Below are positions 49,416 to 58,968 of a stretch of 64,000 nt of DNA, piece by piece (the first letter of the stretch is position 1; the number at the start of each line of letters is the position of its first letter). Position numbers and translations under genes: made by a program. The notes beneath the pieces are model-generated. The model did not search any database and had not been told where the DNA came from. It saw only the letters and a list, made by a program, of their open reading frames with translations. This DNA is from Candidatus Brocadia carolinensis (lineage in GTDB: Bacteria; Planctomycetota; Brocadiia; Brocadiales; Brocadiaceae), in NCBI GenBank assembly GCA_002009475.1, contig AYTS01000035.1:4710-68709 (forward strand). Reading direction: 5' to 3'.

Positions 49416-49699
49416 TGAAGATTATGGCATGAATTCTATCGTAGCCGTGATAAATAAGTATCCATGCGCGGGTCTTGCGAGGATGATAGCCCGAAACGAT
49501 CTTTACGGTTTAGATTGCCGCACTTCGTTCGCAATGACTGCTTTCTTTATGCGCTTACTATAATATTGTTTACGTGCTTCTAGTCTCGTTTGGCCTTTTT
49601 TTTGTTTTCCGACATGGTTGTCTCTGCATTGACTGTCATGCAGTGGCAACCAGTGGAGGTTTTTATAGCCGGTTTTAAGGTCGGATGGCACGAATCTGG

Positions 49700-50027
49700 G
49701 CATGACGACTAAATAAGTGCGGCCAGATAGGAGACGGATTATGCTGATGAATCAGGTGCACGGAACTAGCCCTATAGTATTACCGCGTGAAAACCTCTTT
49801 TTTTGTAAGTTTTTTCACAACCTTATTTATTCCTTATCTGCGGGTACAGATTGTTAATAGGAGAAAGATTGCTTCGCGGAGTTTACCCTGAGCAGCGCGA
49901 ATGTGCCCGCAATGACAACGCACCATATGTCATCAAAGCATAGCCTGTGTCTTTGCGGGGGTCTTTTCCGAAGCAATCTCCCGCTTTCTCAACGGAGAGT
50001 TGGTTGCGACTTTGCTGCGCTATGAAA
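49700..50027 (-). repeat. Composite repeat block: family R7 cassette, a CHCERSE-type hairpin and R1 copy 3
   Basis: The reverse complement of 49700-49905 matches 36596-36775. 49908-50027 is the reverse complement of R1 (10934-11052). The block ends 3 nt before the ATG at 50030. Confidence 0.8.
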
Positions 50028-50029
50028 TT

Positions 50030-50821
50030 ATGAAAATTACCGTAATTATCCCTACCTTTAATAGTGCGCAGACCCTTGACGATACGTTGAGAAGCATCAT
50101 GAGCCAGAATTGGCCTGATCTTGAAATTAACGTACAAGATGGTGGTTCCAGGGACGATACCAAAGTCATTGTAGGAAAATATCCACTTGCTCTGTCAGGC
50201 TGGCAGTCGGAACCGGACCATGGCCTTTATGATGCCATGAATAAGGGCATCAGCCGTGCAACCGGCGAGATTGTTGCCATTCTCAATAGTGATGATATAT
50301 GGATGCCAAATGCTCTCGGGCGGGTTGCTGAGGTGTTTTCACGCAATCCCGATGTTGGAATGGTTTCCGGCTCTATAAAAGTATGGGAAGATGTGCCGGG
50401 TGGCGCTCACGTGGTATTAAGATCAAGCTTGCTCCACCTCCGCAAAGGTATGACCGTCCAACATCCGGCAACCTTTGTACGGCGGGATGTGTATGAACGC
50501 GTCGGCCTCTTCGATATCAGGTATCGTATAGGAGCTGACTATGATTTTGTGCTGAGGTGTTTAAAGGCTAATATCCCGTGGATGATACTCAGCGATATCC
50601 TGGTTCGCATGCGGGCAGGCGGAAAAGGTGGTTCGACTTTTAGTATGGATGACTGGAGAATACGCCGGTCATACAAACTTTCGTCATCTGTTATCGAAAT
50701 TATTACCTGTGCAACCAGCTTTGTGCGACATGTGATCAGACAGTTTATGGTAAAAGTTTTTGGGAAAAAAGTTCTGTCAGCCTTCAGAAGACATCTATGG
50801 CACAAGCGGACATATCGGTAA
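50030..50821 (+). CDS. Family 2 glycosyltransferase
   Basis: MKITVIIPTFNSAQTL...QDGGSRDDT...LNSDD (DxD-like). The ORF-track start at 50000 lies inside repeat R1, so ATG 50030 is preferred. Confidence 0.8.
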   Translation: MKITVIIPTFNSAQTLDDTLRSIMSQNWPDLEINVQDGGSRDDTKVIVGKYPLALSGWQSEPDHGLYDAMNKGISRATGEIVAILNSDDIWMPNALGRVAEVFSRNPDVGMVSGSIKVWEDVPGGAHVVLRSSLLHLRKGMTVQHPATFVRRDVYERVGLFDIRYRIGADYDFVLRCLKANIPWMILSDILVRMRAGGKGGSTFSMDDWRIRRSYKLSSSVIEIITCATSFVRHVIRQFMVKVFGKKVLSAFRRHLWHKRTYR

Positions 50822-50924
50822 TTGCCCTATTTCATTGCTTTGTAAAAATTGACATTAAAAAACCTGTTTTATATCAACATGGTTTTTTGAAAAATAACCC
50901 TGGAGGATTGCGGGGCACTCCCGG

Positions 50925-51141
50925 AGTCCGCCAGACGGAGAAGCAACTGCGGGTCATTGGTTGTCGCATCGGTAACAAGATATACTGGATTGCCACCAAC
51001 CACCGATACGACCTCCCGACAGAAGAACTAACCACCATCTATAAGCTCCGATGGAACATTGAAATATTCTCCGGCTGGTGGATGCGCCGTCTCAAAGCCT
51101 ATCGCCTTATTGCAAGAACCAGGCGCGGATTACTGGCATAA
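50925..51141 (+). pseudogene. C-terminal fragment of an IS4-type DDE transposase
   Basis: ..KIYWIATNHRYDLPTEELTTIYKLRWNIEIFSGWWMRRLKAYRLIARTRRG contains the Y-x2-R-x3-E signature (YKLRWNIE) of DDE_Tnp_1/IS4 transposases. There is no N-terminal catalytic region. Confidence 0.6.
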
Positions 51142-51299
51142 ATACCTGGCGGTCTTATAACCGATCTCTTTCTTGCAATCTCTTGTCGCGAACATTACCA
51201 GGAAAAGGTCAGTATTAAAAGGGTTTGAGATATTCAGCTTATGCACTTGCCGAAATTCTCGGTTCTGCCAGTCTGCCCCCTTGATCCCCCCCGCCAGCG

Positions 51300-51536
51300 G
51301 TGGACAACTCCCGTCGTCGCATCCGATGTTTTCATGCTGTTTTTGATAAGTCAGGAATTCAGGATTTTCATTTCCACGATATGCGGCATACTTTTGCAAC
51401 TCGTGTAGCACAACAGTGTGTTGATCTTTACAAGATTTCAACCCTGCTGGGGCATGCTCATATTTCAATAGAGCACAAGTCTCCGCACCATTGTCAGGAA
51501 TCCTTGAGGGACGGTGTGAATATTTTGGAGAATTAG
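51300..51536 (+). pseudogene. C-terminal fragment of a tyrosine recombinase/phage integrase
   Basis: ..FDKSGIQDFHFHDMRHTFATRVAQQCVDLYKISTLLGHAHIS.. carries the HxxR and LLGH boxes of the catalytic domain. It is truncated at the N-terminus, and the region around the catalytic Tyr is degraded. Confidence 0.6.
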
Positions 51537-51844
51537 GGTCACGATTTGGTCGCCCTGGAGGGAAACCGGATATGTTAACTGCCTGAAGCCCTCGATTTGT
51601 ATCGTGCGCACCCACAGATTCGAACCACAGATCTCTCGTGTGTGAAGCAACAGGCATGGTTGATACGGGAAAATAATTATTATTTTCTCTTGCATTCATT
51701 AAGAATGCCTGATATCATCAGAAAAGTTGGTTGTATGATGAAGTCGTATTATCTTTCGATAGTATATGAAGGCTACAAGGCTACAACCCTGTAGCCTTTT
51801 TTTGTTTTTATAATCTTTTCCATGTGAGAGGGGGTGATGTAAGA

Positions 51845-52045
51845 ATGGCAAATGGAACCGTGAAGTGGTTCAATGATAAGAAGGGATTTGGCTTTATTTC
51901 CCAGGATAACGGAGACGATGTTTTTGTACATCAGAGTTCTATCCAGGCCGATGGGTTTAGAACCCTTGCCGAAGGTGACAAGGTTGAGTTCGAGGTCATA
52001 AAGGACCAAAAAGGCTACAAGGCCACAAAAGTTGTTAAATTATAA
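51845..52045 (+). CDS. cspA: Cold-shock protein (CspA family)
   Basis: [33 protein letters not shown] carries the RNP1/RNP2 motifs. Confidence 0.9.
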   Translation: MANGTVKWFNDKKGFGFISQDNGDDVFVHQSSIQADGFRTLAEGDKVEFEVIKDQKGYKATKVVKL

Positions 52046-52264
52046 ATCTGTAAAAAAGCACACTCTTATATTTAAAGAATAAGCAGTTACCGTGGATGTG
52101 ATTTATAAAAATATGGAGTAGGTATTTAACGCATAGTTATAATAACAACCTGAAAACCCCAATATTCGGTAAAAGGATATTGGGGTTTTTCTTTGAACAA
52201 TTTTCGATAAGATATATTCTGCTGTCTTTAGCTTTCTTACCGATTCCGACAAGAAGGAGATGCA

Positions 52265-53764
52265 ATGAATGTTCTGTTGATTTATCCAGAATTTCCGGAT
52301 ACCTTTTGGAGTTTCAAGCATGCACTGAAATTCGTGCGGAAAAAAGCCCCTTTTCCACCCCTGGGGCTCTTGACCGTTGCTGCAATGCTGCCGACAGAGT
52401 GGGCAAAACGATTGGTCGACCTCAATGTGACGAAACTTACGGACAAAGACCTTGCGTGGGCTGATTGCGCATTGATCAGCGGCATGGTTGTACAACGAAA
52501 ATCTGCGTGCCAAGTTATCGCCAGATGCAAAGAGGCCGGCATTAAAGTTATTGCCGGTGGACCACTCTTTACGAGCGAATATGAACAATTTGCAGATGTC
52601 GATCATTTCGTATTGAATGAAGCCGAAATAACACTTTCTCCTTTTCTGGAGGATTTTAGTCGGGGAAAAGCCAAACGTATCTATATGAGTACTGAGTTTG
52701 CCGACGTACGGAAGACGCCGGTTCCGCTCTGGGAACTGGCAGATATGGGGCGATACATTTCGATGAGCATCCAGTATTCCCGGGGATGTCCCTATCATTG
52801 TGAGTTTTGTAATGTAACGGCCTTGTTTGGCCACCGGCCACGCACCAAGACCGCCGCGCAAATTACTGCCGAATTAGACCGTTTTTATAGCCTGGGATGG
52901 CGCGGCTCCATCTTCTTTGTTGATGACAACCTTATCGGAAACAAAAAAAGCATCAAGACTGAGTTGCTGCCTGAACTGATCCGCTGGCAGCAAGAACATG
53001 TTGCATTGTCTTTTCACACGGAAGTTTCTATTAACCTGGCGGATGATGTCCCCCTGATGCAGATGATGGTCGAGGCAGGATTTGAAACGGTCTTTGTTGG
53101 AATCGAGACGCCGGATGAGGGCAGCCTGGCGGAATGTGGTAAGAAACAGAATAAAAACCGCAATCTGGTTGAAGACGTAAGACGTATTCAGCGAGCCGGC
53201 CTACAGGTACAGGGAGGTTTCGTTGTTGGTTTTGACAGTGACACTCCATCCATCTTCCAGCGGCAAATTGATTTTATCCAGAAAAGTGGAATTGTGACGG
53301 CGATGGTTGGCCTGCTTCAGGCGCCGCCTGGCACAAAACTGTATGACCGGCTGAAGAAAGAGAACCGGTTGCTTGGTCAAATATCAGGAGATAACGTCGA
53401 TGGAACAACCAATATTGTCCCCTCCATGAGTATGGATGCGTTGCAGGAAGGATATAAAAATATCCTCCGGTCTGTTTATTCTCCTGAGCATTATTATCAG
53501 CGTATCAAGACCTTCTTTCGGGAATACAAACCAAAGAAGACAGAAACTACCCTTGACATCAGTCGTCTCCTGGTATTATTCCGTTCTATCTTTTACCTGG
53601 GTATTATCGGCAAGGAGCGGGTCCATTACTGGAAACTCTTTTTATGGACGTATTTTCGTCGTCCCAGATTATTTCCCCTGGCTATTAGCCTTGCAATTTG
53701 CGGCTACCATTTTCGTAAAGTCTGTGAGCAGCAGATTCTTGTTGGAAAGAAACGTGCTTCTTAA
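52265..53764 (+). CDS. B12-binding-domain radical SAM protein (DUF4070-type C-terminus)
   Basis: N-terminal cobalamin-binding-like domain (MNVLLIYPEFPDTFWSF...PLGLLTVAAMLP). Radical SAM cluster motif SRGCPYHCEFC. Confidence 0.8.
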   Translation: MNVLLIYPEFPDTFWSFKHALKFVRKKAPFPPLGLLTVAAMLPTEWAKRLVDLNVTKLTDKDLAWADCALISGMVVQRKSACQVIARCKEAGIKVIAGGPLFTSEYEQFADVDHFVLNEAEITLSPFLEDFSRGKAKRIYMSTEFADVRKTPVPLWELADMGRYISMSIQYSRGCPYHCEFCNVTALFGHRPRTKTAAQITAELDRFYSLGWRGSIFFVDDNLIGNKKSIKTELLPELIRWQQEHVALSFHTEVSINLADDVPLMQMMVEAGFETVFVGIETPDEGSLAECGKKQNKNRNLVEDVRRIQRAGLQVQGGFVVGFDSDTPSIFQRQIDFIQKSGIVTAMVGLLQAPPGTKLYDRLKKENRLLGQISGDNVDGTTNIVPSMSMDALQEGYKNILRSVYSPEHYYQRIKTFFREYKPKKTETTLDISRLLVLFRSIFYLGIIGKERVHYWKLFLWTYFRRPRLFPLAISLAICGYHFRKVCEQQILVGKKRAS

Positions 53765-53892
53765 GCGCAAGGTTCATGGGTAACACCTGTCCGGTCTATT
53801 CTGGATTTTACCCGTGTTTCATGGTGTAATTTTGTCAATTTTCATAAAACAAAAGGTACGGTTACCGGTAATACGCACGTGAAACAACAGGT

Positions 53893-54078
53893 ATGATGGA
53901 TCCGGAAAAAATCATGTATTCCATCAATAGCGAAGATATTCAGAATGTCGCAAGACAAGCAACGGACAGAACATTGACGGAAGAAGAACTAAAATTCGTG
54001 GCAGAAAAGCTTGGCGATTATGTTGGCCGGTGCGAAGCAATCGTGCAGGCAATAGGTGAATTGAAAGGTACTCCCTGA
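53893..54078 (+). CDS. Small hypothetical protein (61 aa)
   Basis: An ORF with plausible coding composition. No motif. Confidence 0.3.
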   Translation: MMDPEKIMYSINSEDIQNVARQATDRTLTEEELKFVAEKLGDYVGRCEAIVQAIGELKGTP

Positions 54079-54154
54079 AAGAATATACTCATGGTGCGTC
54101 GTAGAAACCGATGATGTAAACACATTTCTGTAACTTTGAAGAACCGGGATTAAT

Positions 54155-54563
54155 ATGGAAAAAATCATGTGGGGTGAGGATTTTAGTGTCGGTGTTCGAG
54201 ACTTAGATGAGCAGCACAAACGGATTGTAGCTGTAGTAAATACCCTGATTGGTATGATTGACACAAAGGTTGAGTCAGAAGTTATCTCGGATACCTTGAC
54301 AAAAATGACCCAGTATGCAAGTGATCATTTTAAAGCAGAAGAGCAATACATGCTCGATTACGGTTATCCGGAGTATCTTTCGCAAAAAAAAACAGCACCA
54401 GGAATTCAAGAAAAAAACCGTTGATTTTTGCGTGGGAACTATGGTACACAAAGCAACCGTCCCGGCAGAAATATTCATGTACTTAAAATCGTGGTGGACG
54501 AATCACATCCTGCAAGACGATATGAAGTACAAGGAATTCTTTCATGCAAAAGGGCTGAAGTAA
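54155..54563 (+). CDS. Bacteriohemerythrin; frameshifted as assembled at A9 54384-54392
   Basis: MWGEDFSVGVRDLDEQHKRIV..., HFKAEEQYM. Deleting one A joins ..YPEYLSQKKQHQEFKKKTVDF...WWTNHILQDDMKY.. (the His/Asp/Glu iron ligand pattern of hemerythrins). Confidence 0.8.
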
Positions 54564-54631
54564 TCAAAAGCCAAACACCTGCCATTCTGCCAGAAAAGGG
54601 GCTTTTCTGTATTATCACGTAATCTCCCCTT

Positions 54632-55537
54632 TCATTGACCCGAACTCTCGGATTGGTTGAGTTTTTTGCCTGTCTTCAAGAGGGATAAAAGACGTGGCAA
54701 AAATTGACTAAAAACACGTGGATATCTGCTTCCTCTCAATACTTTCATCCGAGGCATATCAACGTTCTTTTTTGGATCAAAACGAGCCAGAGGATCCTCG
54801 AACAGTTCACGGATGACTTTGGCGGCAGGGACACGGGAAGATGCAACCTCTGTTGTTACCATATCTCCCGTATTTTTTATTTTTGAGCCGTTCCCTGCTT
54901 CAGCAATGATTTTGAAGTCAAATTGTTTGACCATTTCCGGAGTAACACCAAAGGCAAAATCTACACAGGTATGATAGTTCGATACCAGCAGATGAGACAG
55001 TTCTTTTAGGCCGTCTTTATCAAATGAAATATAGGTTGGTTCATCGGTGAACAATTTTCCGGAAGGAGGATTTGTCGGTTTTGTTAACTCCGAAAGAGGC
55101 TTGTCTTCCTGGCCAAACCTGAAAAAACAGTCTCCTGATGTGTGACGCACGAGGTCATCTGCCTGAGAAAAATCTATGTTTCTCCAGATGTTTAGAGCGC
55201 CTTTTGTCTGGCAATTAACCAATATCCAGGGAAAGTTTAACCAAAGATGCCGCTGGTATTCCTGTCTGACACATATGCCCTGGAGGCAATAGATATCACG
55301 TCCGTCCTTGTCTTTGTGATTTGATGGACCGCAACTCACCAGAAATGTCATTCCTGCATGATTTATGCAATAGAGCGGTAAAACCGATGTCTTGCTGAAG
55401 GTATGCTTGTGTTTATCATAGAGATTGTAAAGTTGGTTTAATGTCTTGAGACTTTCCGGTGAAACTTTTGGAGGAACAATCATCCACCGGTAGTCTTTGG
55501 ACAGAGAACGGGAATACAGGAGTTCCTGGTATATCAT
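54632..55537 (-). CDS. Hypothetical protein (301 aa), translationally coupled partner of the upstream GTPase
   Basis: ATGA overlap with the GTPase stop (55534-55537). No TM, signal peptide or catalytic motif recognised. The N-terminus is MIYQELLYSRSLSKDYRWMIVPP. Confidence 0.6.
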   Translation of the reverse strand: MIYQELLYSRSLSKDYRWMIVPPKVSPESLKTLNQLYNLYDKHKHTFSKTSVLPLYCINHAGMTFLVSCGPSNHKDKDGRDIYCLQGICVRQEYQRHLWLNFPWILVNCQTKGALNIWRNIDFSQADDLVRHTSGDCFFRFGQEDKPLSELTKPTNPPSGKLFTDEPTYISFDKDGLKELSHLLVSNYHTCVDFAFGVTPEMVKQFDFKIIAEAGNGSKIKNTGDMVTTEVASSRVPAAKVIRELFEDPLARFDPKKNVDMPRMKVLRGSRYPRVFSQFLPRLLSLLKTGKKLNQSESSGQ

Positions 55538-56605
55538 GCAATACGCCTTACCCTTTCCAGCGCCTTCGCGAGGAGTGGTTCTATATGAGGCTCAAATTGG
55601 CTTAAAACCTCGTAGTCCTTGTTTTTTTCCTCTAAAATAGCCCTGGCAATGCTTTCAGCATCGGGCTTACGCGTGATAAGCGACCAGATTTTATTTACCA
55701 GTCCTGCCTTTTTCAGTACTTCTGCAAGTTCTTTTTCACGCTGCTTTATACTCTTGTGTGCCTCCCCTCTCATCTGTTTTAGTGTTTGTCCCAAACAATA
55801 AAACAGCACATGTTCAGCATTCAGAGGCGCCGGGAACCCTACAATTTTGTCTTCGGATTTAAACGGATGTATTATATCGCCCGTGGGAGTGACAATCCTC
55901 GTCACGTTCCCTTCTCCCACCGCAGAAACCGGCACGATGCCGCCTTCCCAGGTTGGATTTTGTTTGCATAATGACACCATCTGATTAAACACCTCCATGC
56001 CGCGCTCTATCAATGGCGCATAATTATCGCTTTTCCACCTGGAATCGACCGTATCCGCCTTGGTTAGCATAATGACAAAGGTCAGATTTCTGTGGGGATA
56101 CATCCTGCTATAGGTCGTAAATATCTCATGAATCCTGCGGGCGCGACCGGTGCCGCGCCTCTTTGATGTTTGAGTAATACGTAAGGACGAAGGCGTCGGC
56201 AACCAGGATAACCGCGTTACTCAACTCAATATGAGAAGCCAGGTCTGAGATTTCTGATGTTGCTGCCTCCGAAGAATCGTTTGCATCAAGGGCATCGGTA
56301 ATTTCTGTGAGAATACCGCCCCGGTAATCAATCCAGTCAAAGTATGTCACTGGTTTTGATTGATAATAAACGGTGAAAGGCCACACCGTCGTCTGTTGTG
56401 TGCCGTCTGGCCACTTAAATTTATCGACAAGTGAAAATCTGCTAAAATCGCCAACACTCAGGATGGCCTTATCAAATTGCTGGACTGAACGGGGGGCAAG
56501 GGAAAAACCCGCATCATTTTGACCTGCGTCTCCTAAGGTTTCATAAAGTGAAGACATATAGGTTGTTTTGCCGGAGCCTGATATACCTACCATCGTTACT
56601 TTCAT
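55534..56605 (-). CDS. TRAFAC-type P-loop GTPase (~356 aa) of unassigned family; one -1 frameshift near 56160-56175 as assembled
   Basis: G1 GISGSGKT and G3 DYRGG lie in ORF 56126..56605. G4 LTKAD and G5-like VSAVG lie in ORF 55534..56202. The two ORFs overlap by 77 nt and join as ..YYSNIKEA-GTGRARRIHEIF.. There is a helical C-terminal extension. Confidence 0.65.
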
Positions 56606-56708
56606 GGTTCAATTTACCTCATATAAACTATTTCATGATTGTCGCTGGAAATTTTTAGTAAATACTCTTAACCCAAACGAGTTAGAAAAGACAAAATCCG
56701 AAATTCCT

Positions 56709-56830
56709 TTAACCCTGTCAGGGTTTTAAACCCTGACAGGGTTAAATCAAGGTTTAAGGTTTAGGAATTTCAATTACCCCATAACTCCCCTCAACGGGGG
56801 GGAGACAGAGGGGGGAAAGTCACGGAATAC
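56709..56830. repeat. Palindromic repeat pair plus one R5 unit
   Basis: ttaaccctgtcagggttttaaaccctgacagggttaa (56709-56745, a nested palindrome) and ggaatttcaattaccccataactcccctcaacgggggggagacagagggg (56764-56830). Confidence 0.8.
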
Positions 56831-56886
56831 CTAATTCATCCATAAATTTTTGTAAAATACGAGAAAAGTGATATGTCTATCTCATG

Positions 56887-57160
56887 CTATCCATTCTTCT
56901 TTTGTCTCATCATTTCAATGGCTATTCCAATGCACCCTCCCAGAAACGGCAGGGTAACCGCTAATTTTGAAAAACCGTAAATAACCCACAAGGTCACAAA
57001 AATGGCGAACCCTACTATTGCGCCTAAAAAAAAACAGGTAGAGGATTTGCGATGGTGCACGGTGAATTTGACTTGTCATCTTTTGCTGAGAGGTTTTATG
57101 TCCGTCTGGAGATAAAACTGTTCTGCTCAGTTCCTTATGTCTTTCGATGATATCCGACAT
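56887..57160 (-). CDS. Small two-TM membrane protein; frameshifted as assembled at A9 57026-57034
   Basis: MSDIIERHKELSRTV... Deleting one base continues into ..LYLFFLGAIVGFAIFVTLWVIYGFSKLAVTLPFLGGCIGIAIEMMRQKKNG*. Confidence 0.4.
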
Positions 57161-57188
57161 GTTGTTGTCCTCAATAATTAAATATACA

Positions 57189-57261
57189 GAAATTTCAATT
57201 GCCCCCCCCATAATCCCCCCGTAAACTGGGGGGAGACAGGGGGCAAAGTCGCTGAAGGCCT
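57189..57261 (+). repeat. R5 repeat unit
   Basis: gaaatttcaattgcccccccc ataatccccccgtaaactggggggagacagggggcaaagtcgctgaaggcc. Copies are at 56764-56830 and, as reverse complement, 37283-37351. Confidence 0.8.
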
Positions 57262-57294
57262 CATTTAGTATACTTTCTACGATTACGGAATTAC

Positions 57295-58645
57295 CTATGC
57301 CAGCGTACCATGCAGGGTAAGGTCTGTTGCCTCATATATCAGAACATTTACCAGCTTTCCCACCAATTCCCGTGACCCATTAAAAACCACAATGTGGTTT
57401 TGCCGTGTACGGCCTGTTAATTTATTTGAATCAGACTTGCTGGTTCCTTCTGCAAGCACCTCCACCATTCTGCCAATCATTTTCCTGTTCTCTTCGAGGC
57501 TGATACCTTTTTGCAATTCCAGCAGCCTCATATTTCGCGCCCTTTTCACCTCATCTGCCACATCATCTTCCAGCTCGGCTGCTTTCGTGCCGGTGCGGGG
57601 TGAATATTTGAATATAAAACAGTTTTGGAAACGGATGTCCTCCATCAATTGCACGGTTTCCCGGAAATCTTCATCCGTCTCCCCTGGAAAACCCACAATA
57701 AAGTCGCTGGCCACGCTCATATGAGGCATCAATTCCCGCGCATAAGCAATCAAATCCCGGTAATAACCAGCGGTATAACCTCGCTTCATACTGCTAAGAA
57801 TCCGGTCTGACCCCGATTGGGCAGGCATGTGTAAATGCTTGCAGACCTTTTCCAATCGGCTCATGGTGCGAATAAGATCGCGGGACATGTCCGCCGGATG
57901 TGAGGTCACAAACCGTATCCGTTCAAGTCCGTCCAGGTCGTTCAGTGCAGACAACAGATCTCCTAACGTTATGTCTCCACTCAAACCTTTCCCATACGTA
58001 TTTATATTTTGTCCCAGGAGGGTGATTTCCTTACAGCCTCCGGAAACAAGGGCTTGAACCTCTTGTGTTATATCAGGAATCGTCCGGCTGATCTCCCGTC
58101 CGCGCACATAGGGCACGATACAATAGGAACAAAAATTGTCGCAGCCCCGTATAACCGTGACAAAGGCCTGATAAAAATTTGGGCGGTAGGTCACCGCCCT
58201 CTTTACGTTAACGATGTGGTCCTCGTCTATGGCGAGGACATGCGATCCATGATTTTTGATGTTCAGCAGGAGTTCCGGCAATCGCGAAAACATGCGTGTT
58301 CCGCAGACCAGGTCAACATGGGGCATACGCTTAAATATGGATTCGCCATCTTTTTGCGCCATGCATCCAAGGACTCCCACAATCACTTCAGGGTGTTTTT
58401 TCTTTAATGCCTTCAGCGCCCCTAAGTGCGAATACACCTTGTCTTCGGCATGCTGACGCACACTGCAGGTATTAATTAAGATAACATCAGCCCCCTCAAC
58501 TGTATCGACAGTCTTATAGCCCTCTTCCTGCAACAATCCCAACGAAAGCTCAGCATCGAGCTTGTTCATCTGACAGCCAAAGGTTTCAAAAAAAAACGGT
58601 CTTGTATTGCCGGTCTTTGTCAGTAAAATTAATAGTATTAATCAT
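57295..58645 (-). CDS. miaB: tRNA-i6A37 methylthiotransferase MiaB; frameshifted as assembled at A9 58588-58596
   Basis: Radical SAM CDNFCSYC and a C-terminal TRAM domain. Deleting one base of the run extends the ORF to ATG 58645: MINTINFTDKDRQYKTVFFETFGCQMNKLD (the MiaB-type FGCQMN cluster motif). Confidence 0.85.
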
Positions 58646-58693
58646 AGCGCGGCTAAGATACTACTTATATTATAGTAAACGCTTAAAGAAGAT

Positions 58694-58762
58694 TGTCATT
58701 GCAAGGACTCTAGCCCGAAGCAATCTCTGTTGCGGGATTGCTTCGCTGTCGCTCGCAATGAC
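58694..58762. repeat. REP/MITE-like hairpin (CHCERSEAI type)
   Basis: gtcattgcaaggactctagcccgaagcaatc-tctgttgcgg-gattgcttcgctgtcgctcgcaatgac. Confidence 0.8.
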
Positions 58763-58968
58763 CGGTACATGTCAATTTATTTATTACGTTTACAACAGAT
58801 CATTTGTCATCTGTGAGTTCAGTTTTAAAAGCTATCGCAAAATCTTGAGACGTTCAGGTATCGGTAATCAACCTTTGTCTTGTCATACAAGACGGATCGC
58901 GGGCGATAGCTGAAAGGAATAATTCTAACGAACCTTGGAATGTAATCCAAATATTTTTTTGCTTCGAT

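Noticed and set aside
49503-49703. The 66-aa ORF (MPRFVPSDLKTGYKNLHW...VIANEVRQSKP), considered as a possible toxin/antitoxin or transposase stub.
   Set aside because: No family motif is recognisable, and its C-terminal residues derive from a 'cattgcgaacgaagtgcggcaatc' repeat unit. It is kept only as a note under the R7 cassette finding.
51590-51645. A tRNA-like T-arm motif (..cccacagattcgaaccacagatc..) next to the integrase fragment, a possible att or tRNA remnant.
   Set aside because: The arms flanking the GATTCGAAC-like loop are direct, not inverted, repeats, so no T-stem can form. No acceptor or anticodon arms were found.
51130-51699. A 189-aa minus-strand ORF.
   Set aside because: It runs antisense across the integrase-fragment region and has no motifs or RBS. 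The plus strand carries recognisable recombinase boxes, so this is most likely spurious.
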